This document shows positions 52,423 to 64,000 of a DNA stretch of 64,000 nucleotides, in pieces; the first letter of the stretch is position 1; each line of letters begins with the position of its first letter. Source of the stretch: Octopus sinensis. Taxonomy: Eukaryota. The position numbers and the translations under genes are program-made. The DNA lies in NCBI RefSeq assembly GCF_006345805.1, contig NC_043008.1, forward strand, positions 33,728,001 to 33,792,000. The letters run 5' to 3'. Under the pieces are notes generated by a model. The model saw only the letters and a program-made list of their open reading frames with translations, made no database searches and was not told where the DNA came from.

Positions 52423-55400
52423 GGCCCTAAAGACCATGTCTGGCGGACATTTTAACATTTATTGCCCCCTCCCCGCCTGTCTGCCAAGACTGGGCGGTAG
52501 TGGCACCGCAGTACTTTTTCGCAAGAGTCTGGATCTCAAAGTAAAGACAATATTCGTAGACTCGGAGGGTAGACTGGTTGTCCTAGACGTCGATGGCAGC
52601 AATGGGTGCACTTTTCGACTCGTATCAGTCTACGCACCGCCTTTAACAGGTCGGGCGGATTTCTTTTCGACGTCTAGAAGTATTCCTAGGAACGTCTCGT
52701 CCTTTGCTTTTAGTAGGGGATTGGAATGCTACTTTGGACACACATGTAGACTACGTGGGCAGAGATAGGAATAGACGGGGATGCAAATGCCTCAGAGACC
52801 TGCTCAGACACTTTCAACTGTCTGACAGGTACCGACTCGACCATCCGAATGCGTCACTGTGGACATGGAGCAACCGCATCGGGTCGTTGAGATCGTATCT
52901 AGATAGGATACTGTGCAGGACAGTAGATAGAGATAGCGTAGGATGTCCACAATTCCACATAGCTACACGGATCACAAACTTGTGACATGTACGCTAAACT
53001 TAGGTAAGGCACATAGGCAGGGTCCCGAGTACTGGAAACTAAACGCGTCTTTTCCATCGAGACAGGTTTTCAGATACCAAATTAGCACACTCGTAAAGAG
53101 GGCTTTGACGGGAGACATCATCAACAACAAATGGTGGTTTGCCCTCAAGAGAGCAATAAAAGCAGAAGCGATTAGATATGGCAAAGCACTAGCCATAGAT
53201 AGAAACAGAGTAGAGGGTGAGCTAGTTAAGAAGCTAGAAGAGGCAATTAGAAGCGGCATCGCATCCGATGTATTGGCGGCGAGGTTGGCTCTTGACCAAC
53301 ACTTCAACACCAAACATGAAGGATGTGTTGTCAGAGCTAGCATGCGTGCTCTAAGGAACGAAGGTGTTGGAGCCGCGCGAGAGGCCCGGGTGGCAGAGGA
53401 GCAACAGGGCAACAAAGCCACCATTCGGTCTCTGGTAGATGATCTGGGATGGGAATTACTCGATCCAAGTAAAATGTATGAGGTCTTTAAACAGCATTTT
53501 GCCTGTCATTTCAGGACGAGTGGCGGGCAAGAACGTAGGGTGAACTTCAGTGCCTACCTACACAGCCTCCAACGACTCTCGACGAAAGAGGTAGGGCGCT
53601 CTGAAGGTGCCATCACGGCGGTGGAAGTGCGGGACGCGATGGCAGAATGCTCAAGGGACAAATCTCCGGGTTTGGATGGTCTACCCTACGATCTTTACAG
53701 TTGTATGCCAGACTTGTTTGGAGACGTCTTGGCAGCGGTGTACTGCAACTGGCTGCAAAACTGGAGCATCCCTGGTTTTGTGAGCCGAGGAGTTGTAACA
53801 CTGCTGAAGAAAGATCTAAACAAGGGGGACCTAATAGATAACTTTAAGCCCATCACTCTGCTTAATGCAGACTTGAAAATTTTGCCCAAGGTGTTAGCCA
53901 AGAGGTTGGCGCTTGTCATCGAGAAACTGGTCGACAAGACACAAACGTACGCCGTGCCAGGCGGAGCATCAATGATAACCTCCATCTGATGCGCTACATC
54001 ATAGACAGGGTAGTTAAGGAACTTGGCATGGGTGGGGCCCTGATCAATTTGGATCAATCAAAAGCTTTTGATAAGGTAGACCATCGATACTTGGGTGCTG
54101 TCCTCAGAGCGGCTGGTTTCGGTCCCATCTTCCGCGGCTGGGTAGCTGCTTTGTGCGGAGGTATCCTTTCGGTAATTCGCGTAAATGGACATCTATCGAG
54201 ACCTTTCGACATTGCGCGTTCGGTCCGTCAGGGATGCCCCCTCTCGTCGCTTCTGTACGTATTGACTCTCGAGCCATTACTTCGGAAGCTGGCGACTCTG
54301 GTTGGGGGGCATCCCGTGAGAATTGGGATGCGGGACGAGCGTACCTGCATACGCGAAAGACGTCACCGTCATAGGGTCTAGCTACGAGCACATCGAGCTG
54401 GTCGTTGAGACACTGCAAGACTACGAAGCGGTGACAGGAACGAAAATCAACCGGAACAAGTCAGTGGGCTTGCGGCTCGGCATATGGAGAAGTAAGCCCA
54501 TGCCGTCCACCAGCGCCTCTCTCGTGGGACGCTGGACCGACGGTCCGGTCGAGTTGCTCGGGGTCTGGTTTGGTCCGGACCTCCAAATGGATAAGAACTG
54601 GAACAAGAAAACTAGTAGGGTGATCACTCTTGCCCGGCAATGGGCCGAGTGGAAACTGTCCCTAAAAGGTCGGGCGGAGGTAGCGAACACGTACTCGCGT
54701 CCGTCATCTACTACCGCCTGACCGTCGTGCTTTGTTCTGACCCTACCATCACCAAACTAGAACACATTCTCTTCCGCTTCTTGTGGAAAAGATGGGTCCC
54801 GATGGTCAGGCGATCCATTTGCTGTCAACACCCGTTAAAAGGAGGTCTGGGCATGCCGTGGTTGATGATGTGCAGACACGCGCTGAGACTGCGACATCTC
54901 CGTTTCTACGTAGATGACGGTGAACAGGTGTGATCGCCGTTTGTGAGGCACGCTTTCCCGCAACTTGTCTCCATGACCGAACTGCAGTCGTGGATCAGAA
55001 AGAGGCCGAGGATGGGCGAATGGCACCACGAGTGTTGCGTTGCTCTCAAGCAACTATGCCCTCGCGGGTCGACCTTGAGCGACTTCAATACAACCAAGGC
55101 ATTCTATAGGGGATTAGTGGAGGGGAGGTACGACGAAGAGCTCGGAGCGAACCTGGGCGTCAACGAGGAATACCTGACCCACCTGTTCCGGACGACTTTC
55201 GGGCTAGGACCTATGGACAACTTCCAGAGATCTCTGGCCTGACAGCGCTACCGAGAAGCGCTACCTATTTGGGATAAACTCTACGGACACGGCTCGAGAA
55301 ACACAGGGCCGACCTGACCGAGATGCAGTCAGAGCGATGAGGCCGTTCTGCACGCACTCGTGCAGTGTCCAACCATTTCCGACCTGTGGACTTATGTCGA

Positions 55401-56073
55401 ACGACTGCTGTCACGTGTGGGACGAGTCGGTTTATCAGCCGAGTCTATCGTCAATATCGTCACGCCTCCTTCCTTCAAACGGGAAGGAAGAGCTATTTTC
55501 ATCATACTTGTGGTTATGGCGAAAGAATGTATCTGGTGGACGCGTATGAAAGGATTAGAGACAAACACTTTCCTCTCTGGTCAATCTCTCATCAACTTCT
55601 TCAAGTATCACTTGAAAAGGAATGAGAGAGTAGAGAGGCAAGTTTTGTCTTGCGAATGTTTCATGAAAAAGATGTGTGAATGTAGCAAAGATGGCACGTA
55701 TGAATGACGAAGCTACCTTAAGCATAATCCTATGAACTCAGAAAAATTTAAAACAGAGAGTTACTTACTTGCAAATAAACGTGTTAACATGTGACATTAA
55801 TGACTGAGGTTACCGTGGTCTTTTCCGTAGGCTATTCTTGCCATGGATAAACCTTATCTGCTTCCCCCTTTACACTTTACATCATGACATTTATGTGATA
55901 CACGATCCCTATTGATCGTTTTTTTCCTTTTCTTTTTTTCTTTTTCCTCTCTACGATCCCTTTTGATCGAAAACCTACAACACTTTTTTGGGGTTTTTTT
56001 CTCTCCCCAAAATGTAAAGTTCTACTTTGTAGTTTGTCCCGTCAGTGTCCAGTCCTGTGTGGCTAATAAAGAA
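52423..56073 (+). mobile_element. 5'-truncated Tx1/L1-type LINE ORF2 (APE + RT + Cys domain), frameshifted
   Basis: GRLVVLDV..VSVYAP; VGDWNATLD; SYLDRI; DHKLV; YWKLN; KSPGLDGLP; KPITLLNADLKIL; LDQSKAFDKVDH; VRQGCPLS; LLGVWF; C-terminal C..HALVQC. 3' AATAAA at 56065. Confidence 0.95.
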
Positions 56074-57345
56074 CCCCCCCTCTCTCTCTCTCTATACATA
56101 TATATATATATATATATACATCTTTAGAGGCCTGATTTTTAATGCTGGTCAGAGTGTGACAATTGGTTTGGCACCTATAATGTCCTTAGGCAATTTGTCA
56201 GACTCAAATGGCCTGAATCACATTGCCTCTCAATAAATGGAGAGAAGAATACCATTTTTTAAATTAATTTGGTAATCGAAAACATTTAGAACAAAACTCT
56301 ACTCACGAAACCTCAGCCGATGTGAAGTTATCCCACTTACTCCGGTTCCCATAATGTCTCCGCCACATCTGCCAATGATATTTAAAGAGGGCAGCATTTA
56401 CCTAGTCAATAAATAGGGTATTCCATGTTTCAAATATAAATTTCCTTTGATCAGTGCACTAAACATTTATATATGAATATACAGGCATGTGTGTGTGTGT
56501 GTGTGTGTGTTCTTGAAGCATTAGTTATAGCAAGAGATATGGGTTTGCTTTGCATAACTAATTGTTGACAAATTTTTCCACTTTGTAAAGTTAATTTACC
56601 GTATACTTCTGAGGTTCTAAAGGCGTCTCTATTTGAAAAATTCAGAACCAGCATTTCTCTGTACCCATAAAAACTACTTCTTCAGATCTGCTACTACCCA
56701 CCGAACCTTCACAAAGGAAAAGAGAGAGAGAGGTAGAAAAAAGAAAAATGTCCTACCTATTTGAAGACTATGGAAATACTTACAAAACATTGCATTTAAT
56801 TTTTCCTTCAATTTAATTGTTTTTCTTGTTTTACTCTAAGTTGAAAATGTCGAAAAGACTGAAACCGGTACTAACCTTTAAAAATATACTTCATTTTAAA
56901 ATTATTTTAGCATTTTCTACCTCGTTATATTTCCCTTATACATATCTACTCATGTGTTACTCTTCAACACAGACACACACACACAAACACACACACACAC
57001 ACACATACATACATACATACATACATTCAGACAGTCAGCTACCTAGCTAGATAGATAGATGCGTCCCATGCTTACGGTTTCAGTGTTATTTCTCTTCGTC
57101 GGCAGAGAAACCATAGAGCCCACAAATATTGCTTTGTACTCGGTGGTGGGGTGCTAAACTCCCCTGTTCCAAAATATAAGGACACAGATCATGTGTCGTA
57201 TAGCGAACTGGAGACGATGTCTCCTGGGGCTAAACAACAGTAGCATTCGTCCCAAAATGGGACTGCCACATTAGGTTGGCAAAACATCTTTACTTTAAAA
57301 TGCTACTATTGAATATTTCTCGTTGAGAGATTTAGAAACAACAAT

Positions 57346-57431
<86 letters not shown>

Positions 57432-57444
57432 ATATACATACATA

Positions 57445-57961
57445 TCTATATATATAAAACTGTAGTTGTGTGAGTGTCTGTCTCCTACGATTTAGATTCC
57501 TAACTCCTCCCACATTTTGCGGTGCAGTTTAACCAAATTCGGGTATCTTATAGTCGTGATTAATATCGAGCCCGTCTGGCTATTAGCGCGCGTCTACGAT
57601 GAGTCTACGATTTTAAAAATAATTTAACATCATTTTTTATTCCATTTTAATGCATAATTTTTCGTGTGTCGATGGCGGCGGAGTTGGCGTCCACGCTCAA
57701 ACACCTGCACCTGTGTTTGCTTCTCCCCCTTCTTCCTTCCCTCGTGAAGCTGTGGAGAAGGGAGTTTAAGGAAATCAACGTCGTAATGCGTTGTCAAGGA
57801 GACCAGCGTTCTTTTAGAACAACGACTTCATGGCTTGAAGACACCAAAACAGAAATGGCTAAGAAAGCCCGAATTGGCATCTATAAGGGAAGTAACTCTC
57901 TAAAAATGCTTATATAGTTATTTCCCTTACAAACCCGAGCAAGGCCGGGCGATACTGCTAG
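57445..57961 (+). mobile_element. Complete non-autonomous Helitron
   Basis: Flanking A then 5' TCTATATATATAAAAC; 3' hairpin CCCGAGCAAGGCCGGG, CTAG, then flanking T (A/T insertion site). Confidence 0.9.
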
Positions 57962-58001
57962 TATATGTATATATATACATATGTATATGTATGTATGTAT
58001 G

Positions 58002-58072
<71 letters not shown>

Positions 58073-58306
58073 ATGTATATTTTTATATACAAATTGTAGG
58101 TGTGAACACTAAATGATTATCTTGAGAATAGTAAGTAAGCTGCAAGTTAACAGAGAACCATGAAATATACACGGCAGAATTTAATTGCAAATTACAAGCA
58201 AAAAACAATATGTTTGAATATAGCTAATTGATATCCTTTTTTTTTATTTTTTGTTTATTTTGTTTTTAGAGATACTGATGCTACTTTTTTAATTTTGTTT
58301 TTATAG

Positions 58307-58345
58307 GTGCTAATGCTACAAGTACGAAAGCTCGAACAACAACAA
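58307..58345 (+). CDS. Host gene stalk mini-exon: (S)ANATSTKARTTT
   Basis: gtttttatAG / GTATGA, 39 nt, phase 1-1, open. Paralog of 52171-52212. NAT sequon. Confidence 0.7.
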
Positions 58346-58589
58346 GTATGAGTTTATTTTACAATGTATTTAAGAATATAATTTTGAAAACTAAGCAGCC
58401 ATCCTTAGTCATCCTCTTTCGCTTTGATTATCGATGAGATGTTCACATCTGCAGGGCAGATGATCTCTGTAACAGTACCTACTTTTTATTTGTCTCAAAC
58501 AACCATATTCCGCCTGTTATATTTACATGTGTCAGAGGTTTTATGAGCATGTTCCGCCAATTTTCTCTTCGTGTTGATGTTTATGTATA

Positions 58590-59160
58590 TATTTAACAAC
58601 GAGAGGGAGGTTCTCAATATTTATTCAAGAGCAGTCTTTTCCTCGAATGGCATTGTTTATTGTTCTAGTGACAACATCATAATACAGAGAGAAATAGTAT
58701 TTTGATGACATATTTGGCCAGCTGATAATAATGTGTGATGCTTGTCATAGAAATATGACATACTCTGAATTTTTGGTAGCATTTTGAGGCTCCAAGGTCT
58801 TCACTGTCTCTGTTGTTTACCAGGTATTTTGTACCAGTCTGTTCTTAGATTGCAAATGCATAACCTTTGAATTGTGATGCAGCAGTTGTTAGTCTAATAG
58901 AGGCTACCATTCATTTTCATATTGTCTTTTTTAAATCTTCGGGAGACATAGCCGTGCATAATATTTTTTGGTATACTCAGATTTCACATCCTGGTCTTCT
59001 TTAAGGCGTGTTATTCCAGCTGTTTTAGGATTGTATGAGCATCAGGAAAAGAGTACTTTCTGAGGAGTTCACTGTCAATATGTTGGATGTTGTTCACTTC
59101 ACTTTTCAGGACTAAGTTAATGTATTTGTTTTGCTGTTGTTTAGCAAGTGTTGTCTGATA
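58590..59160 (-). mobile_element. Decayed R4/Dong-like RLE LINE fragment
   Basis: Minus strand YAFAI*EQT..KYL.N.RD..KC..K..YV...I...YY...D.V, the CCHC region, heavily disrupted. Confidence 0.55.
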
Positions 59161-59177
59161 GAGACTATTTAACATTT

Positions 59178-61560
59178 TGTTGTGGAAGGATTCCAACCGC
59201 CGCTCAAGTAACTAAAAGGTCGACTGACTCATTCTAAAGTAAAGAACTGTGAACAATTGGCGGTTCACGATGAGAGTTTGATATAAAACGTTGAGTCTCG
59301 AGTAATAGCAGTGCATTGTCTATATACTACCCCGCCTACCTGCTTCGTTATATTATATACGCAATACAAGGATATAAAAGTGGGCACGAGTTGTTCAAAG
59401 TGTGCAGTTCATGTTTTTTTTGCTCTTTTTGGGCACAAAATCAAAAAGTACATCGTTTTAACATGGAAGACTTATTGGACCTCCGTGGTGCAGTTGCAAA
59501 AGTAACAGCAGCAACAACAACAGCAGCTGCAGGATCAACTACAACAGCAACAAAATCAAAACCAACAGTTGCTGGAATTAATGATGAAGAAGTCCGGAAA
59601 TACTTCAGGTTCGTATTCGTCAGACAGCGTAGCGAAGTCAATTGAAGAATTCAGCTATAAACCAGAAGACGGTACTACCTTTTCTGCATATGTTCTCAGA
59701 TATGAAAAAAATCGTCAAAGTGGAGTGTAAAAGTTGGTCCGACGAGAAAAATGTACGGCTACTTTTGAGAAACTTATCCCCTGCCGAACACAAAAAATAT
59801 AGTAATTATATTCTTCTAAAGAAGCCAGGTGAGATTTGTTTCGATGAAACAATATTTTATCGAATATTTTCAGTGAAAGAAGTTCCCTGTTCAATGCTCA
59901 CGGGGGAATGTTTAAACTTGGTCAAAAAAGATGATGAAGATTTCGTCACTTATGCCAGAGTGGTTAATAGATACTGGGAGAAATTCAAATTGAATGAGTT
60001 TACCCCAGACATGTTCAAGTCTTTAATTTTGGTTCAAGGGCTTACTGCAAACAAAGATGCAGGAATACGTTCCCGGGTATTAACAAAATTAGTACAGGAC
60101 CAAAATTTAACAGTAGCTGAAGAATGTCAGAGTATTATAAATCAACAATATGACAAATAAAAGTGAAGCAAAAGATTGCTCTCAGATACAGCCATTTCGA
60201 CCGGTAATGAATAAGAAACAAGACAAAACAATGTCAAAACGGAATCCATGTTATGTGTATAGTGGTCTACATCTTAAAAATAATTGTCCGTTTATAAAAT
60301 GCTTCGAGAGTAGTAAAATAGGCCATAAAAAGTTGCATTGTAGGACAGAACATAAAAAAGCGTTTCAACAGAAACAATCGGGTAAACGGATTATCGATGA
60401 TAAAAAATACAAACAAGCCTCAAAGAAAATTTCTGTATATAAAAATTAATTCCGCAAACGTAATTGGAAACAGGCAGAGATATTTCAATGATTAACACAG
60501 GTACATGGAGACCTAGATTAAATGAAACAATGTTTCTCAGAGGGGTGCATATTTTTAAGAGTGTCTGCCCCCGACGGGTCTGGTCGACGTCCATTTTTGT
60601 TAATGATTTGTCCTAAATATCTTATTTTCGGTAACAAAAATTCAGACTTTTCTACCCTCAAAGTAAAAGCCATACACCCTAATTATTTGGAATACATATT
60701 TCACATCATAGCTTCTCAAAGTGGGTGCTACCGCCTGTCGGTGGGTGTTGAGCCGGTCCAGGTGGCCGCTGTTGTTTAAGGGGGCTTGAGGTGGGGGCAG
60801 TAGAGAAAAAGAAGGCGTTAGGAGGAAGGCAGTGGATTTGGGGACGCTATGAATTAATCATATTATTATTATAGTATTATAAATTAGATAATATTATATT
60901 AATTATCAAATGATTCATAGTATATATAAATTGCTAAAATATATAATATTCCTTTATACATAAAAATAGGGGTGGGGCGCTGAGGGTATTATGTGGCTAT
61001 GAGGGGCCGGTGGACCCAAAAGTTTGAGAACCTCTGTTTTACATGTGACCACTCCGCCGTATCATCCTAGGTCAAATGGACAAGCGGAGTGTTTTGTTGA
61101 CACTTTCAAGAGGGCGTTTGAAAAGGCGAGCAATGAAATTATGACGATTTTGCATTCTAACGTCTAAGAGTGTACCGAGTAACATCTAATCCGAATACAT
61201 CGTAGGCAATGTCACCCGCAAAGTTGATGTTTGCTAGAAAGGTCAGATCTGTTTTTGATACGCTGATGCCCAATGAAAATAAGAAAGCCAATCAAAAATA
61301 CTTCAAAATTCTTCAAGTTAGGTGACATAGTTTTTTTTTTAATCTATAGATATGGTAGAGAAAGCTGGAAGGACGGTGTAACAATTAAATACATTGGAAG
61401 AATGATATTCCTGGTAAAAGGAAAAATGTTTAATACAAAAAAATATTAACCAGCTTAAAAGAAAGGTTCACAGAAAAAACAGCCACGAGAAATGAAATCC
61501 CTATGGAAGTATTATACGGCACGTTTGAGGTACCAACACCCAAATAATTTGAAACTACAC
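59178..61560 (+). mobile_element. Internally deleted, 3'-truncated Gypsy LTR retrotransposon (possible 5' LTR 59178-59368, gag, integrase remnant)
   Basis: gag-like RLLLRNLSPAEHKKYSNYIL..FKSLILVQGL..IRSRVLTKL; degenerate CCHC knuckles at 60250-60350; integrase TPPYHPRSNGQAECFVDTFKRA at ~61045. Confidence 0.8.
60707..61036. mobile_element. hAT MITE (same family as 20209-20488) nested in the Gypsy remnant
   Basis: CATAGCTTCTCAAAGTGGG ... AAAGTTTGAGAACCTCTG, near-perfect 8-bp TSD TTTCACAT/TTTTACAT. Confidence 0.85.
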
Positions 61561-61796
61561 GTTCTAGCACCAGAAAACAGAAAAGAACGGAAGCACTGGA
61601 ATTAGGTTGGAATTAGGAAGAATATCCAGCTGTAAAAACCATGCTGAACCTGAGATATCTGAGCAAACATCATCTCCTAATCTCTTGGATTCTGTCAAAC
61701 CACCCAGGCCATGTCAACATGGAAAACTGACATAAGATGTTGATGATGGTATATATACATACATGTATATTTATGATGCTGGTATATATACATATA

Positions 61797-61839
<43 letters not shown>

Positions 61840-62672
61840 ATATAATTTATACACGCACATTCACACATGCATATGTATATATATGTATGTACATATCTAC
61901 CTACCTATGTATGTATATACATACATGCAAACATACAAACGAACAAACAAATAGTATACACAACAGAATTCATCACAATTTTTGTCTACCATTCACAAGA
62001 TATTGGTCAACACAAAACTATTGGAAAAGTAATTTATTCACCAACCCAAGATTTTGCAGAGGGAAATTGAACCTGGAACCACATGGATTTGAAGCAATCT
62101 TTTTAACAAACAGTAATGTCTTGTGAAATAACAGCTGTCCTTATTGTAACTGTTTTAGATTGATTAGATGGTAGTTGCTTTTTTTGGTTAACTCCATGCT
62201 TTTCAAGTGTTTCTTACCTTCTTAAGATGATACAGTGTGATTTGAGGAACATTTGGTTGCAATTATATGCTGATTCCTTGATTTGTCTCTTTTGCTCTCT
62301 GATAATTAGTTGCTAGGATCCTACAGTGTGGATTGGTGGTAAATTCAGTTACTTTCATACTGGATGGAGGTGTGGATTCAGTGTCTACTGTTCAGAAAGA
62401 CAGAATACCTCAGCCTCCCGAATCAGTCCAGATGATGTGTGAGGAGTGAGAAAGCAGCAAATTGGGTTGAGAAAGAATATTTGAGATGGCTCTCCTCCTA
62501 AATACAGTATGAAAGGTGATTAAAATGATTCATGGTGTTTGAATGAATTCAAATAATATTAAAGGTAATAAAAAAGCTACAAATTGTTGAAATGTTTGAC
62601 CATTAAAGAAGCAAAAATCAAACAAGCAAATTCTCTTTTTTAATGCTTTCCATTTTTCTCTTAACATTTCAG

Positions 62673-62739
62673 TAATTCTTTGCAGTGTTCTTATACCAAC
62701 AATAGTCCTGCTTTGTATGTTATGCATCATAGTTATCAG
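62673..62739 (+). CDS. Host gene transmembrane exon: (I)ILCSVLIPTIVLLCMLCIIVI
   Basis: catttttctcttaacatttcAG / GTATGT, 67 nt, phase 1-2. Encodes 22 consecutive uncharged, mostly hydrophobic residues. Confidence 0.8.
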
Positions 62740-62830
62740 GTATGTAATATAAAACTACATCTTACTACTGAGACTCTTTTAGAGTATCATTATTATTTTA
62801 ACTTTTTTTCTTTATTTTTACTGTACTAAG

Positions 62831-62954
62831 TCAGAGGATGAAGAGCAGTGCTCATCTCCCATTTTCAAGACATATAAGACTGGAAGGACGAAGGGAAATT
62901 GTATTAAAAGCACCCAAAGGTCAAGTAGTCTTAGAAAACCAGTTGGCTGATTGA
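62831..62954 (+). CDS. Host gene last coding exon: cytoplasmic tail (S)QRMKSSAHLPFSRHIRLEGRREIVLKAPKGQVVLENQLAD*
   Basis: Follows a 91-nt intron with a long T tract. The acceptor tactAAG gives phase 2 and a basic juxtamembrane segment. An alternative CAG 4 nt downstream would give RG*. Confidence 0.6.
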
Positions 62955-63229
62955 GTCTACCATTCAAAACAAAAACAGGAAGGATTCTTCCAACAAGTTT
63001 CTATACAGTTCTCATTTACAAAACTTCATTCACAAGGCTTATGTCTCTCCATGAGTATAGCAGAAGATACTTGACTATAGTGCTATTGAATGGGATAAAA
63101 CTAAAGACCTCACAGTTGCAAAGTGAATTTATAAACCACTTAGCTATGCCTTCCTCCGTAAGATAATCTGAACTTTGAGTTAATATTAATCTGTTTTCCA
63201 TGATATTAATTGTGCATGTATAGTGATAT

Positions 63230-64000
63230 ATACCTCCAAGCCATCATTTAAGAGAGATTTTTTAATGTTTTCTGTTGTTCTGTTTAATCCAAAGAGGGGA
63301 CAGATGACATGCAGCAGGTTATCTCTTAAGAACATCTTAAAGTCTTATGTTTTATAGCTCCTTATATAAATGTGTATTTAGATAGGCAGCTACTAGATAC
63401 CGATACTAATTTGATAGTTTTAACTGATAGATATATATTCTATATCTTTTCTGAGTTTACATTGTTGTTTCCTAATCTTCCTAATCTTTAATCCAAAGCT
63501 ATTCACATTTAATCTATTTGGAGGAATACATTCCACACAGAAATAGCTTCAGTATGCACAACTATCTGTCTGTGTCATATTCTGGCAAGAACAAAGTTAA
63601 CTTGTCTCTTGCTCATCTGAGCGATTGGTGACTAATTGACCAATTAGATTTCTGAAGTGTGTGTTATAAATGGGATGAGTACTGACATCATGAAACTTCA
63701 AGAGACTTGGTCTCACTTTATTACTTTGTATCCTGATGCTGGAATCTATTAATTTATCACTCTTATTACAAATATTTGAAAGGTGATAGAAACAGTTGTT
63801 GATAATCAACTCCTCCAATAACTTGACCCTCTTTCCATTCTCATTGTGTACTAAATACAGCTTCAGTTAAACTGGCCTAGTGGGTATCCGATTTTCTCTG
63901 TTAATCGCCTTTAATTCCTTGCTCTTGAGAAAATTAGTGAAAGCAATTGCATTTGACATCAGGAAAGATTTTGTCTTGTACAAGAATCTCCTGATTAAGA
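63230..64000 (-). mobile_element. Decayed Penelope-like (Naiad-type) GIY-YIG region
   Basis: Minus strand VKCNC..., then K.IDSSIR..KVRP..., the layout seen downstream of the IIWFNPP linker in these PLEs. Many stops. Confidence 0.45.

Larger units (their letters stand above)
51955..58580 (+). repeat. Two diverged copies of an exon-plus-intron unit (51955-52422 and 58090-58580)
   Basis: Shared GTAG.T.TGAAC..TAAATGATTAT, GTATGAG.TTATTTTAC, TTATCGATGAGAT.TTCACATCT.CA.GGCAGATGATCTCTGTAACAGTACCTACT and GAGCATGTTCC. Confidence 0.9.

Noticed and set aside
56686-56732. Candidate exon after cttcttcAG
   Set aside because: Asymmetric phase, weak donor, and it ends in an (AG)n repeat.

Overview
AT-rich, microsatellite-dense eukaryotic genomic DNA. 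The SINE, RTE and Helitron repertoire resembles what I recall from Octopus/coleoid cephalopods (inference, not checked by search). Most of the window is transposon debris: RTE, Tx1/L1, R4/Dong-like and HERO-like LINEs, Penelope-like elements, mariner, hAT MITEs, Helitrons, a Gypsy remnant, a solo LTR and SINEs. Nearly all ORF-track entries are microsatellite or TE artefacts. Threaded through it on the + strand, and almost invisible to the ORF track, is what appears to be one complete spliced gene of 12 small coding exons (7938 to 62954). All have GT-AG ends and mutually compatible phases, and they join into a stop-free 1008-nt CDS (335 aa). The predicted product is a type I membrane protein: signal peptide, three tandem-duplicated N-glycan/Ser-Thr-rich exon cassettes, an extracellular Cys-containing PLAT/LH2-like domain, a mucin-like stalk of symmetric phase-1 mini-exons (two of them duplicates), a TM helix and a ~41-aa tail. 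I do not recognise this architecture as a named gene.
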